DNA of 64,000 bases from an uncultured Gemmatimonadales bacterium (lineage in GTDB: Bacteria > Gemmatimonadota > Gemmatimonadetes > Longimicrobiales > Gaopeijiaceae). Position 1 is the stretch's first letter; every line of letters begins with the position of its first letter. The DNA is taken from NCBI GenBank assembly GCA_963809895.1, contig CAWELD010000003.1, forward strand, positions 768,001 to 832,000, in the 5' to 3' direction. The notes below the pieces were generated by a model. It was not told the DNA's origin. It worked only from the letters and a program-made list of their open reading frames with translations, and searched no databases. Made by a program: the position numbers and the translations under genes. Shown one piece after another: positions 8,596 to 20,506 of this stretch.

Positions 8596-10251
8596 ATGTT
8601 CAAATCGCTACGAGGACGGCTGATCACGATTCTGATCGTGTCGGTCGTGGCTGGTTGGCAACTCTACGCCAAGGGCCTGAAGCGAGGACTCGACCTCCAG
8701 GGCGGGATGCACCTGGTGCTGGAGGTGAACGACTCGCTGGGGACCATGACGGCGGCGGCGCGGGCCGATGCCATCGATCGGGTCGAGCGGGTGGTACGCA
8801 CCCGCATCGACGAGCTGGGCGTGGAGGAGCCGCTCATCCAGAAGTCGGGATCGGAGCGGCTCATCGTCGAGCTGGCCGGGATCCGGGATCAGGAACAGGC
8901 GCGCAAGGTGGTGCAGCAGGCCGCCTTCCTCGAGTTCCGGCTCGTGCGCACGGGCAACGAGATGGATCAGGCCCTCCCCCGCATCGACCGGGCCATCGTC
9001 GCGGCGCTGGGGCCCGACTCGATCCGCGCCCTGGGACGCGCGGTGGAGGCTCCCCAGACCGATGAGCTGGAGAACCTCCTCTTCGGTGGCGACAGCGCCC
9101 AGGCCGGAGACAGCGCCCAGGGTGCCGACACCACCGGGGCGGGAGCTCAGGGCGGCGCCGACTCGGTGGCGGCCCAGGATACGGCGGCCACCGAGACCAA
9201 CCTGCGGCCCTTCACCTCTCTCCTGTCCGTGGGCGATGGTGACGGCAGCTACCTGGTGGCCGCGGAGGATCAGCCCGTGGCGGACCTCTTCCTGTCCCTG
9301 CCCGAGGTGCAGCGGGCCATTCCCCGGGGCATCAACCTGGCCTGGGGGTCGGAGGTCGTCGGCAGAGGGGCGCGCAACTACAAGCGCCTCTACGTGCTCG
9401 ATTCCGAGCCCATCATGACGGGTGAGTACCTGGAAGACGCGGTGGCCGCCAGAGACCAGCAGTTCAACCAGGCCCAGGTCCGCTTTCGCCTGAACCGGGC
9501 CGGCGGCCGCATCTTCTCGCGCTTCACCGGGCAGCACGTCGGCGACTACATGGCCATCGTGCTCGACGGCGAGGTCATGAGCTCGGCGGTGATCCGCGAC
9601 CGCATCGGGAGCCAGGGGCAGATCGAGCTGCCCGGAGCGCCCATGGAGGAGGCCGCGGATCTGGCGCTGGTGCTCCGAGCCGGCGCCCTGCCGGCGCCGC
9701 TGAAGATCATGGAGGAGCGGACCGTCGGGCCCTCGCTGGGCGCCGATTCCATCGCCCAGGGTGAGCTGGCCGGGATGATCGGTCTCGCCCTGGTCGTGAT
9801 CATCATGGTGGGCTACTACCACGTGGCGGGCCTGCTCGCCATCGGCGCCCTGCTGGTCTACGTGATCCTGGTGTTGGGTGGCCTGGCGGGTGTGGGGGCG
9901 ACCCTGACCCTGCCCGGCATCGCGGGGTTGATCCTCTCGGTGGGCATGGCGGTGGACGCCAACGTCCTGATCTTCGAGCGGATCCGCGAGGAGCTGGCGG
10001 CGGGGCGCGCCACGCGCACGGCCGTGGACGAAGGCTTCGGCAATGCCCTGTCGGCCATCGTCGACGCCAACCTCACGACCCTCATCACCGCCCTGATCCT
10101 GTTCCAGTTCGGCACGGGACCGGTGCGGGGCTTCGCCGTGACGCTCTCCATCGGTATCGTGGCGTCCTTCGTTTCAGCCATCTACGTGACCCGGACCTTC
10201 TTCCTGCTCTATCTGGCAGGCAAGAAGGCCTCGGATCCCATCAGCGTCTGA
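8596..10251 (+). CDS. secD: protein translocase subunit SecD
   Basis: GLDLQGG, RIDELGVEEP, LRAGALPAP, VGPSLG, LTLPGIAG, GMAVDANVLIFERIREE. Confidence 0.97.
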   Translation: MFKSLRGRLITILIVSVVAGWQLYAKGLKRGLDLQGGMHLVLEVNDSLGTMTAAARADAIDRVERVVRTRIDELGVEEPLIQKSGSERLIVELAGIRDQEQARKVVQQAAFLEFRLVRTGNEMDQALPRIDRAIVAALGPDSIRALGRAVEAPQTDELENLLFGGDSAQAGDSAQGADTTGAGAQGGADSVAAQDTAATETNLRPFTSLLSVGDGDGSYLVAAEDQPVADLFLSLPEVQRAIPRGINLAWGSEVVGRGARNYKRLYVLDSEPIMTGEYLEDAVAARDQQFNQAQVRFRLNRAGGRIFSRFTGQHVGDYMAIVLDGEVMSSAVIRDRIGSQGQIELPGAPMEEAADLALVLRAGALPAPLKIMEERTVGPSLGADSIAQGELAGMIGLALVVIIMVGYYHVAGLLAIGALLVYVILVLGGLAGVGATLTLPGIAGLILSVGMAVDANVLIFERIREELAAGRATRTAVDEGFGNALSAIVDANLTTLITALILFQFGTGPVRGFAVTLSIGIVASFVSAIYVTRTFFLLYLAGKKASDPISV

Positions 10252-10258
10252 GCCGGCC

Positions 10259-11212
10259 ATGCGACTTTTCGCGCACGCGAACTACAAGTTCATCGAGAAG
10301 CGGAAGACGGCCTACGTCCTCTCCGCGACGGCCATCCTGTTGGGGATCGGGGCCATGATCTTCAACGTGGTGACCGCCGGCTCCTGGCTGAACTACGGGG
10401 TGGACTTCACCGGCGGCTCGCTGGTGCAGGTGCACTTCCAGCAGGAGGTGACCGTGGGCCAGGTCCGTGACGCCCTGGGCGGGGTGGAAGGGCCCGAGGT
10501 CACGCGCTTCGCCGGCGTGAACGAATACGTCATCCGCGCGCCCCTCGAAGAGGGCGTCAACGTGGACGCCGTGCGTGCCGAGATCGAGGGCGAGCTCGGT
10601 CAGGCCTTCGGTCCCGGAACCTTCGAGATCTCCCGGACCGAGCTGGTGGGTCCCAAGATCGGGAGTGAGCTGCAGCAGAAGGCCGGCCTGGCCATCCTGT
10701 TCAGCTTCCTTCTCACGCTGATCTACCTGGCCATCCGCTTCGAGATGAGGTTCGGGATGGCCGCGGTGGTGGCCACCGTCCACGACATCCTCATCACCCT
10801 GGGCTTTCTGGCGGCATTCCGCGTGGAGATCGCCCTGCCCACGGTGGCCGCGATCCTCACCATCGTCGGCTATTCCCTGAACGACACCATCGTGGTCTTC
10901 GACCGCATCCGTGAGAACATGGGCAAGAAGGGAGCGCGCAAGGCGGATCAGGTGGAGCTCATCGACCGGTCCATCAACGAGACGCTGCCCCGTACGGTGC
11001 TCACCTCCGGGACCACCCTGGTGGTGCTGATCGCGCTGCTTCTGGTGGGCCCGGCGGTGATCCGGGACTTCTCCATGGTTCTGATCCTGGGAATCGTCAT
11101 CGGGACCTACTCGTCCATCTTCGTGGCCTCTCCCGCGTTGGTGGAGATCCAGAATCGCATGGGCGAATCCAAGCGGCGGGAGCGGAAGCGGTCTCGGGTC
11201 ACCACGGCCTGA
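10259..11212 (+). CDS. secF: protein translocase subunit SecF
   Basis: GVDFTGG, VGPKIGSEL, HD, GYSLNDTIVVFDRIRE, GTYSSIFVA. Confidence 0.97.
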   Translation: MRLFAHANYKFIEKRKTAYVLSATAILLGIGAMIFNVVTAGSWLNYGVDFTGGSLVQVHFQQEVTVGQVRDALGGVEGPEVTRFAGVNEYVIRAPLEEGVNVDAVRAEIEGELGQAFGPGTFEISRTELVGPKIGSELQQKAGLAILFSFLLTLIYLAIRFEMRFGMAAVVATVHDILITLGFLAAFRVEIALPTVAAILTIVGYSLNDTIVVFDRIRENMGKKGARKADQVELIDRSINETLPRTVLTSGTTLVVLIALLLVGPAVIRDFSMVLILGIVIGTYSSIFVASPALVEIQNRMGESKRRERKRSRVTTA

Positions 11213-11306
11213 CGGCGAGACACCTGCCAGTGAGCTTTTCGGGGTCCGGCGTGGAGCGCGCCGGACCCCGTCTCATGTGATCGCACCATCCGACAGACGT
11301 CCAGCC

Positions 11307-12074
11307 ATGGCCTTCGACAGTCACTGCCACCTCACCGACGAAGCCTTCGCCTCGGACCAGGTCGACGTGGTGGAGCGGGCGCGCCGCGCCGGCGTCGACC
11401 GGATGGTGGCCATCGCCTCGGACGCCGAGGACGCCGCGCGCGCCCTGGCCCTGGCGCGGAGCATGGAGGGCGTCTGGTGCACGGCGGGCATCCATCCCCA
11501 CGAGGCGGCTGGCGCGACGCCCGAGGCGTTGGGCCGCGTGCGCGCGCTGCTGGGTGAGCCCGAGGTGGTCGCCGTGGGCGAGTGCGGGCTGGACTTCTAC
11601 TACGACAACGCGCCCAGAGAGGCCCAGCTGCGCGCCTTCGAAGCACAGATCGAGCTGGCCGAGGAGACGGGACTCCCGTTGGTGGTCCACACCCGCGAGG
11701 CGGACGAAGACACCATGGCCCTGCTGCGCGCGCTGCCCGGCGGGGTGCGGGGCGTGCTGCACTGCTTCACCGGCGGAGACGCGCTGCTGGAGACGGCCCT
11801 GGCCTCGGACTGGTATGTGTCTTTCTCGGGCCTTGTTACATTCAAGCGCTTCGACGCCGAGCACCGTGTCCGGGCCGTTCCGGACGATCGCCTGCTGGTG
11901 GAGACCGACGCGCCGTACCTGGCGCCGGTTCCGCACCGCGGGCGGCGGAACGAGCCGGCCCTGGTCGTGGAGACCATCCGAACGGTGGCTGGCATGCGCG
12001 GCGTCGACTACGAGGTGCTGGCGAGCCTGACGGCGCGGAACGCCGAGAGGTTCTACGGCCTGGCGGACGTGTGA
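11307..12074 (+). CDS. tatD: TatD family hydrolase/DNase
   Basis: DSHCHL, GIHPH, VGECGLD, HTREA, GVLHCF, ETDAPYLAP, RNEP. Confidence 0.93.
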   Translation: MAFDSHCHLTDEAFASDQVDVVERARRAGVDRMVAIASDAEDAARALALARSMEGVWCTAGIHPHEAAGATPEALGRVRALLGEPEVVAVGECGLDFYYDNAPREAQLRAFEAQIELAEETGLPLVVHTREADEDTMALLRALPGGVRGVLHCFTGGDALLETALASDWYVSFSGLVTFKRFDAEHRVRAVPDDRLLVETDAPYLAPVPHRGRRNEPALVVETIRTVAGMRGVDYEVLASLTARNAERFYGLADV

Positions 12075-12154
12075 TCCGCCCGGAAAGCAGCGGCGCTCGA
12101 ATACAGCGAGACTCTTGCGCCACCACACTTGACGTCTGACGGGAGGGAGTGGCC

Positions 12155-12830
12155 ATGCGCACATTCTTCGAGTTGTTCGCTCGCTCGCCCTTCGCTCCGC
12201 TGGTCAAGCACGGGGAGAAGGTCAACGAGGTTCTGCACGAGCTTACGCCCTCTGTTCGCCGCATTCACCGGCGGCGACGTGGAGGGCGTTGAGGAGTGCC
12301 ATGAGCGTATCTCGCACCTCGAGCACCAGGCCGACGACATCAAGCAGGAGATTCGAGCCAATCTCCCGCGCTCCCTCTTCCTTCCGGTGGATCGTGGCGA
12401 CCTGCTGAAGTTCCTCAAGGAGCAGGATTCCATCGCCGACGCCGTCGAGGATGTGGCGGTCCTCATGAGCATGCGCGCCACGCCCACGCCGGAGGGGATG
12501 CAGGCTCGTGTCGATGCCCTGGTGGATCAGATCCTGGTCGCGGGCCAGACCTGGTTCGAGATCGTTCAGCTCCTGCCGGGGCTTCAGGAGTCCTCCTTCA
12601 CGGGACCGGAGGTGAAGAAGGTCCTCGACCTCATCGATCGCGTGCACTCCGAGGAGTGGGAGGCCGACCTGCGCCAGGCGGCCCTGGGCAAGGCCACCGT
12701 CAGGTACGAGGAGGAGCTGGGCGCCGTGGGAGTCCTGTTCTGGATGAGGATCGGATCGAAGCTGGGCGAGGTGGCGAACCGCGCCGAGAACGCCGGTGAT
12801 CTCCTGCGCCTGATGCTCGCGCGAAGCTGA
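12155..12830 (+). CDS. DUF47 (PhoU-like) phosphate transport regulator; one-base frameshift near 12243
   Basis: ATG 12155 gives MRTFFELFARSPFAPLVKH; the next frame continues LEHQADDIKQEIR..LPRSLFLPVDRGD...QDSIAD...EWEAD; sits directly upstream of a PiT transporter. Confidence 0.85.
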
Positions 12831-12861
12831 CCCTTCTCCTCGACACCTCCGAGCCTGCCTC

Positions 12862-14121
12862 ATGGAGATCCTGGTCGTCCTCGCCATCGGTACAGGCTTC
12901 TACATGGCCTGGAACATCGGTGCCAACGACGTGGCGAACGCCATGGGCACGTCGGTGGGGTCCGGGGCCCTCACCCTCAAGCGCGCGATCCTCGTGGCCG
13001 GCGTCTTCGAATTCGGGGGCGCCGTTCTGGTCGGGGGGCACGTCACGGAGACCATCCGCAAGGGGATTCTGGATCCGTTGGCGTACGCTCCCACCGGCGC
13101 CTTCGGGGCCGATGGCCCGCTGCTGCTGGCGCTGGGGATGGCGTGCGCGCTCCTGGCCGCCGCCCTCTGGCTCCAGGCCTCCACCGCGTTCGGTCTGCCG
13201 GTGTCGACGACCCACTCCATCGTCGGTGCCGTGGTGGGCTTCGGGCTGGTCTCGGTGGGTGCGGGCGGTGTCGACTGGGGCAAGCTCGGGCAGATCGTGG
13301 CCAGCTGGGTGGTATCGCCGGTGCTCGGCGGTGTGCTGGGATTCCTCACCTTCATCGTCGTGCGAAGATTGGTGCTTCACCGCGACGACCCCATCGATGC
13401 CACCGTGAAGATCGCGCCCTACATCGTGGGCGTGGTGGCCTCGATCCTGGCGCTCACCTTCGTCTACAAGGCGCTCAAGAACGTGCTGCCGGATCCCCAT
13501 CCCACCGTGGTGGGGCTCACCGTGCTCGGTGTGGGCGGCGCGAGCATTCTGGTGGCGCGGGCGGTGATCCGGCCCGACGCCGTCGCCCGCACCGGGAATC
13601 CCTTCACCTACGTGGAGTCCGTCTTCGGCAGCCTGCAGATCGTGACCGCGGCATTCGTCGCCTTCGCCCACGGCGCCAATGACGTGGCCAACGCCGTGGG
13701 CCCGCTGGCGGCGGTGGTGGGCATCGCGTCCGTGGGCTTCCGCGAGATTCCCAGCGCGATCCCGGTGCCGGTCTGGATGCTGGCCGCCGGCGGACTGGGC
13801 ATCGTCGTCGGGCTCGCCACCTGGGGCTACCGCGTCATCGCCACCATCGGCCAACACATCACGGAGCTCACGCCCACCCGCGGATTCTCAGCCGAGTTCG
13901 GCGCCGCGTGCACCGTGCTGGTGGCGAGCCGTCTGGGCCTGCCCGTGAGCACCACGCACGTGCTGGTGGGCGCCGTCATCGGTGTCGGGTTCGCCCATGG
14001 ACTCGGCGCGCTCAACCTCCGCACGCTCCGCAATATCGTCGGGTCGTGGCTGGCCACGGTGCCGGCGGCGGCGGCCGTGAGCGCCGGATTGTTCGTGGCG
14101 TTGCGCGCCTTCGTGCTCTGA
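12862..14121 (+). CDS. pit: inorganic phosphate transporter (PiT family)
   Basis: Twin signature motifs GANDVANAMGT and HGANDVANA; two PVSTTH motifs. Confidence 0.95.
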   Translation: MEILVVLAIGTGFYMAWNIGANDVANAMGTSVGSGALTLKRAILVAGVFEFGGAVLVGGHVTETIRKGILDPLAYAPTGAFGADGPLLLALGMACALLAAALWLQASTAFGLPVSTTHSIVGAVVGFGLVSVGAGGVDWGKLGQIVASWVVSPVLGGVLGFLTFIVVRRLVLHRDDPIDATVKIAPYIVGVVASILALTFVYKALKNVLPDPHPTVVGLTVLGVGGASILVARAVIRPDAVARTGNPFTYVESVFGSLQIVTAAFVAFAHGANDVANAVGPLAAVVGIASVGFREIPSAIPVPVWMLAAGGLGIVVGLATWGYRVIATIGQHITELTPTRGFSAEFGAACTVLVASRLGLPVSTTHVLVGAVIGVGFAHGLGALNLRTLRNIVGSWLATVPAAAAVSAGLFVALRAFVL

Positions 14122-14133
14122 CCCCTACGGACC

Positions 14134-15886
14134 ATGCCCCGCAGGATCCGCATCCTCCCCGACATCGTCGCCAACCAGATCGCCGCCGGCGAGGTGGTGG
14201 AACGCCCGGCTTCGGTGGTGAAGGAGCTCGTGGAGAACGCGATGGACGCCCGGGCGACGCAGGTGGACGTCCACGTGGAGAGAGGTGGAAAGCGCAGGAT
14301 CCGCGTTTCCGACGACGGCATCGGCATGAGCAGGGAGGACGCGCTCCTGGCCCTGGATCGGCACGCGACCTCGAAGATCACCGAGGCCGAGGATCTGCGC
14401 AGCGTACGGAGCTTCGGCTTTCGAGGCGAAGCGCTCCCTTCCATCGCGGCGGTGTCGCGACTGGTCCTGGAGACCCGCGAACACGAAGACGACGTGGGCA
14501 CCGTGGTGCGGACGAACGCGGGCCGCATCCTGGGCGTCGACGACGTCGCGAGACGGCGGGGCACCACGGTGGAGGTGCAGGGGCTGTTCTTCAACGCGCC
14601 GGCCCGGGCCAAGTTCCTCCGCTCGGTCAGCACCGAGGCGCGGGCCGTCTCGGAGGTGCTCACCACCCTGGCGCTGGCCCACCCGGGCGTGGCGCTCACG
14701 CTCAGGTCCGACGACCGCACGCTCCTCGAGCTTCCGGCGTCGGGCGACGTGGCCGACAGGGTTGCCCGCATCTGGGGTGACGAGCCCGCGTCGACCTTGC
14801 TTCCGGTGTCGTTCGAGCTGTCGGGCACGGAGGTGCGTGGGCTCGCGCAGCGCCCCGATGCGGCGGCCCCGGGAACGCGGCGAGCACAGCTGTTCGTCAA
14901 CGGACGGCCCTTCCGGGATCCCGCACTGCTCCGTGCCGCCGAGCGCGGGTACCGCACGACGATTCCCGCGGGCGCCCGGCCCTGGCTGTTCATCTACGTC
15001 ACGGTGCCGGAAGGTTACGTGGACGTGAACGTGCACCCGGCCAAGGCCGAAGTGCGCTTCCGGGACCGGGGAGCCGTGGAGGAGGCCGTGGAGGCCGCCG
15101 TGCGCGCCGCCCTGGCCGGCTACGGAAGCGCGGCCACCCTCGACACCCAGCTTGCGCCGCCGAAGCTCGCGGCCCGGGAGCCCCACCTGGCCGTGCGGGA
15201 GCCTCGGGCCGAGGGTCCCTCTCCGGATCAGATGGCGTTCTTCCTGTCGGGACCCTCGTCGGCGGAGACCGGCGGTGAGGATACGGAGCCGGCGCCCATG
15301 CCGGTGGAGCGCCCGCGCCTCTATCAGCTCCACAGGACCTGGATCCTGGCCGAGGCCCGGGACGGGCTGGTGATCATCGATCAGCACTCGGCGCACGAGC
15401 GCGTGCTCTTCGAACGGCTCATGCGGGCCTACGCCGAGGGCGGCGAGAACGCACAGCGCCTCCTCTTTCCCCTCACCCTTCGGCTCACTCCCGAGGAGCT
15501 GGCGGAAGTCACCGAGGTCCGGGGACTCCTGGAAAGGGCGGGCTTCGAGGTGGAGATCTTCGGAAGCGACACGGTCATCGTGCACGCGGTCCCCAATCCC
15601 CACCCCTGGTTCGATGCCGAGCGCTGCCTGCGCGAGATGGTGGCCGAGCTCACCAAGGGTGCGTCGGACCTCATGCGCTCGGCCCGGAACCAGCACGAAC
15701 GCATTGCCATGACCTTTGCCTGCAAGGGCGCCATCAAGGCGGGACAGGCGCTGAGCGACGGAGGAGATGCAGGAGCTCTTCGACGCGCTCTTCGCCACCG
15801 AGCTTCCCTGGCACGACGTGCACGGCCGCCCCACGGTGGTGCGCCTGTCCAAGGCGGAGCTGGAGCGGAAGTTCCGCCGTGGCTGA
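14134..15886 (+). CDS. mutL: DNA mismatch repair protein MutL; one-base frameshift near 15760
   Basis: IAAGEVVERPASVVKELVEN, GFRGEAL, DVNVHPAK, DQHSAHER, ACKGAIKAG; the C-terminus (EMQELF...HGRPT...ELERKFRRG*) lies in the +1 frame. Confidence 0.95.
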
Positions 15887-16874
15887 CGAGCAGCCGGCAC
15901 CGGCCTCGGCTCCCCGGCCCCGCGCGCTGGCTCTCACGGGCCCCACCACCTCGGGCAAGACCGAACTCTCCATCCTGCTGGCGCGTCGGCTGCAGGCGGA
16001 GATCGTCTCCATGGACTCCCGCCAGGTCTATCGGGGCATGGACATCGGCACCGACAAGGTGCCCGCCGACGAGCGCGCCGGGATTCCCCACTTCGGCCTC
16101 GATCTGGTGGATCCGGACGAGCCGTACTCCGCCGGGCGCTTCGCCCGCGACGTTCGACGCTGGATTCCCGACATCGAGGGACGTGGGCACGTGCCGCTGC
16201 TCGTGGGAGGGACCGGGTTCTTCCTGCGGGCCGTTCTGGAGCCCATCTTCCGTGAGCCCCCCATGGACGTCGAGCGCAGACGTCGGTTGCGGGCCGTCCT
16301 GGACGGGATGGATCGGGGGGTGCTGGAGCATTGGGCACGGCGACTGGATCCCCGCCGGGCGGCGGTGGCGGCCCAGGGCGGGCCGCAGCGCCTTTCCCGT
16401 ACCCTCGAGGTGGCGCTCCTCACCGGACGTCCCCTCACGTGGTGGCACCGGGAGGCCCCGGCGGACGGGCCGGCGATTCCCTGTCTGGTGGTGGTGCAGG
16501 AGCTTCCCCGGGAGGAGCTCGACCGCCGCATCGACGCGCGTGTCTCCCGCATGGTGGACCGTGGCCTGGTCGACGAGGTACGCTCCCTGGCGGAGGCCGG
16601 CTACGGGCCCGACGATCCGGGCATGACCGGTACGGGATATCGAGAGGTGCACGCCTACCTGAGGGGGGAGATGACGCTGGACCAGGCCCTGGACGAGATG
16701 CGCCAGCAGACGCGGCGGTACGCCCGTCGCCAGCTCACGTGGTTCCGGAACCAGCTTCCGCCTGACGCCCTGCGGCTCGACGCTCGGCTTCCGGCAGAGG
16801 AGCGGGCCCGGAGGATCACCGACGCCTGGCGCCGGGCACGACACGACAGCGGAGGAGGGGAGGGGAGTCCATGA
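15879..16874 (+). CDS. miaA: tRNA dimethylallyltransferase
   Basis: GPTTSGKT, DSRQVYRGMDIGTDK, VGGTGF, TRRYARRQLTWFR. Confidence 0.96.
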   Translation: MADEQPAPASAPRPRALALTGPTTSGKTELSILLARRLQAEIVSMDSRQVYRGMDIGTDKVPADERAGIPHFGLDLVDPDEPYSAGRFARDVRRWIPDIEGRGHVPLLVGGTGFFLRAVLEPIFREPPMDVERRRRLRAVLDGMDRGVLEHWARRLDPRRAAVAAQGGPQRLSRTLEVALLTGRPLTWWHREAPADGPAIPCLVVVQELPREELDRRIDARVSRMVDRGLVDEVRSLAEAGYGPDDPGMTGTGYREVHAYLRGEMTLDQALDEMRQQTRRYARRQLTWFRNQLPPDALRLDARLPAEERARRITDAWRRARHDSGGGEGSP

Positions 16875-18004
16875 AGATCGGCATCACCTGCTATCCCACG
16901 TACGGTGGCTCGGGCGCCGTGGCCACGGAGCTCGGAATCAACCTGGCTGAGCGGGGCCATGAGGTCCATTTCGTCTCGTACGCCCAACCCTTCCGCCTCG
17001 ATCGCTTCCGGGAGCGGGTGTTCTTCCACGAGGTGGAGATGGAGCAGTACCCCCTCTTCGAGCACCCACCGTATTCGCTGGCGCTCGCCGTGGCCATCCA
17101 CGCTACGGCGCAGAAGGAGGAGCTGGACCTGGTTCACGTCCACTACGCCATCCCCCACGCCACTTCGGCGTGGATCGCCCGGGAGATGCTCGAGGAGCGG
17201 AGTCTCCCGGTGGTGACGACGCTGCACGGGACCGACATCACGCTGCTGGGCGTCCATCCGTCCTTCCATGCCATCACGCGCTTCTCCATCGAGCGCTCTC
17301 AGGGGCTGACGGCCGTGTCGCAGTTTCTCGCCCACGAGACGGAGCGGGATTTCGGGATCGCCCCCGGACGCATCGAGGTGATCCCGAATTTCATCGATCC
17401 CCGGATCTACCACCCGGGCAAGGAGCCCTGCCACCGGGCCACGCTGGCGCCGGAGGGCGACAAGATCCTCATGCACGTCTCCAATTTCCGCAGCGTGAAG
17501 CGGGTGCCCGACTGCGTCGACGTCCTGGCGCGCGTTCGCGAGGAGATGCCGGCCCGGTTGGTGCTGGTGGGAGACGGACCCGAGCGCCCGCGGGTAATGG
17601 AGCGGGCCGACGAGCTGGGCGTGCTGGACCACGTGCTCTTTCTCGGAAAACACGCGTCCGTGGACGAGCTCCTGGCGTGCGCCGACCTGTTCCTGCTGCC
17701 CTCGGAGTCGGAATCGTTCGGCCTGGCCGCGCTGGAGGCCATGGCCTGTGGAGCTCCGGTGGTGGCCTCCCGGGTGGGCGGGCTCTCCGAGGTCGTGCCC
17801 GACGGCGAGGCGGGCTTCCTGTTGCCCCTCGGTGACGTGCAGGGGATGGCCGAAGCCGCGCTTTCGCTCCTCCGCGACGACGCTCGCTGGAAGCGCTTCA
17901 GCGAACGGGGCCGCGCCTGGGCCGTGGAACAGTTCGCCGCGGACAAGGTCGTGCCCCTCTACGAGGCGTATTACCAGCGGGTGCTGGCAGAGGGCGGCCG
18001 GTGA
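16871..18004 (+). CDS. bshA: N-acetyl-alpha-D-glucosaminyl L-malate synthase (GT4)
   Basis: MKIGITCYPTYGGSG.VATELG, HVHYAIPHA, TTLHGTDITL, HVSNFR.VKRV, ESFGLAALEAMACG. Confidence 0.92.
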   Translation: MKIGITCYPTYGGSGAVATELGINLAERGHEVHFVSYAQPFRLDRFRERVFFHEVEMEQYPLFEHPPYSLALAVAIHATAQKEELDLVHVHYAIPHATSAWIAREMLEERSLPVVTTLHGTDITLLGVHPSFHAITRFSIERSQGLTAVSQFLAHETERDFGIAPGRIEVIPNFIDPRIYHPGKEPCHRATLAPEGDKILMHVSNFRSVKRVPDCVDVLARVREEMPARLVLVGDGPERPRVMERADELGVLDHVLFLGKHASVDELLACADLFLLPSESESFGLAALEAMACGAPVVASRVGGLSEVVPDGEAGFLLPLGDVQGMAEAALSLLRDDARWKRFSERGRAWAVEQFAADKVVPLYEAYYQRVLAEGGR

Positions 18005-18789
18005 CCTGGTGGGACGCGCTGATCCTGGGGTTCGTCCAGGGCGCGACCGAGTTCCTGCCCGTCTCGAGCTCGGGGCACCTGGTGGTGGCGCAGGAGCTCC
18101 TGCACGTCTCCGTGCAGGGTGTGCTCTTCGAGGTCACCGTGCACGTGGCGACGCTGATCTCCATCGCCGTGGTGTACCGCGCGCGGATCTTCCGGCTGGC
18201 CGCCGGCGCGCTGCGGGGGGAGGGGAGCGCCTGGCGGGACGTGGGGCTCCTGGTGCTGGCGACCCTTCCGGCCGCCATCCTGGGCGTGGCCTTCGAGGCG
18301 CCGCTGGAGGCCCTTTTCGACAACCCCTGGATCCCCGGAGTGGGCTTTCTCCTGACGGGCGGCCTGCTGTGGTCCTCCCGGGCGGCGCTGCGCCGGGATC
18401 CGCAACGAACGCCGGGCGCCCGCGATGCGCTCCTGATCGGGCTGGCTCAGGCACTGGCGCTGGTGCCGGGGGTGTCGCGCTCGGGTTCCACCGTCGTCAT
18501 GGCGTTGTGGCTGGGCATCGAGGCCCGCGAGGCGGCGGCCTTCTCGTTCCTCATGGCGCTGCCGGCCATCACCGGTGCCGCCGTCCTGCAGATTCCCGCG
18601 CTCCTGTCCGGACCGCCGCCGATTCCCGCCTGGATCCTGCTCCTGGGAGGGCTGGCGGCGGCGGTGACCGGCGTGTTCGCCATCCGTGCTTTTCTCCTCC
18701 TGCTGCGCAAGCGCAGCTTCCATCAGTTCGCGCTGTATGTCTGGATCCTGGGCGTGGGCTACCTTCTATGGCTGGCCCTGACGCTCTGA
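18001..18789 (+). CDS. uppP: undecaprenyl-diphosphatase
   Basis: QGATEFLPVSSSGHL, PGVSRSGST, AAAFSFL. Confidence 0.95.
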   Translation: MTWWDALILGFVQGATEFLPVSSSGHLVVAQELLHVSVQGVLFEVTVHVATLISIAVVYRARIFRLAAGALRGEGSAWRDVGLLVLATLPAAILGVAFEAPLEALFDNPWIPGVGFLLTGGLLWSSRAALRRDPQRTPGARDALLIGLAQALALVPGVSRSGSTVVMALWLGIEAREAAAFSFLMALPAITGAAVLQIPALLSGPPPIPAWILLLGGLAAAVTGVFAIRAFLLLLRKRSFHQFALYVWILGVGYLLWLALTL

Positions 18790-18823
18790 TTCCCGTCCAC
18801 GCCGCATCTCTCCCGAGGCCCTC

Positions 18824-19686
<863 letters not shown>

Positions 19687-19690
<4 letters not shown>

Positions 19691-20466
19691 CGGAGCTGCG
19701 GGGCCACTGGGAGGGGGAGCCGGTCCGGGTGTGGGAGGAGGTCTGGGGGATTCCGCGCCTGGAGGCGTGGGGTCGGCTGGCCTCGACCAACGATCGGGCC
19801 CGGGAGCTGGTCCGGGAGGGCGCCCCGAGCTGGACCGTCGTCGTCGCCGAGGCTCAGACCGCCGGGCGGGGTCGCGCGGGTCGGAGCTGGATCTCGCCGC
19901 CGGAGGTGGGTCTGTTCGTGTCGTTCCTCGTCCGTCCCAGGGGCGCGGGCCAGGCGACCCTGACCCCGTTGCTCGTGGGGATGGCGTTGGCGCGAGCCGT
20001 GGAGGAGGTCGCGGGCGTGGAGGTCCAGGTGAAATGGCCCAACGATGCGCTCATCGAGGGCCGCAAGGTGGCGGGCATCCTCTGTGAGCGCGTGGGTGAC
20101 CGCCTGGTGGTGGGAGTGGGCGTGAACGTGCGTCGCTGGCCCGGCGGTGTGCCCCCCGAGCTCTCCGGCAGCGCCACGACCCTCGAAGACGCGGCCGGAG
20201 AATCCGTGTCACGCTCGGCGCTGGCGGGGGCCCTGCTGCGCGAGGCCAGGAGGCTGCTCGACGCTCCGGTCCTGCGGCTGGAAGGTGCCCTCGCCGACGA
20301 GCTCGCGGCCCGTGACGTACTCCGCGGGCGCCGCCTGGCCGTGGGATCGATGCGAGGCGAGGGCGCCGGGATCGCTCCCGACGGGCGGCTGCGCGTGCGC
20401 ACCGTAGACGGTACCATCAAGCCCGTGCTCGCCGGGCACGTGGAGATGGAGCGCGTCGGAGCCTGA
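19687..20466 (+). CDS. birA: biotin--protein ligase
   Basis: STND, AEAQTAGRGRAGRSW, KWPND, RKVAGIL, GVGVN; no N-terminal HTH. Confidence 0.93.
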
Positions 20467-20506
20467 GCTTCGGCGCTGGGACCGACGCCCCGAACCGGGA
20501 GGCAGG

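Noticed and set aside
14134..16626. 830-aa MutL with a novel C-terminal extension
   Set aside because: Artefact of the extra base near 15760; the true C-terminus ends at 15886 and the extension overlaps miaA out of frame.
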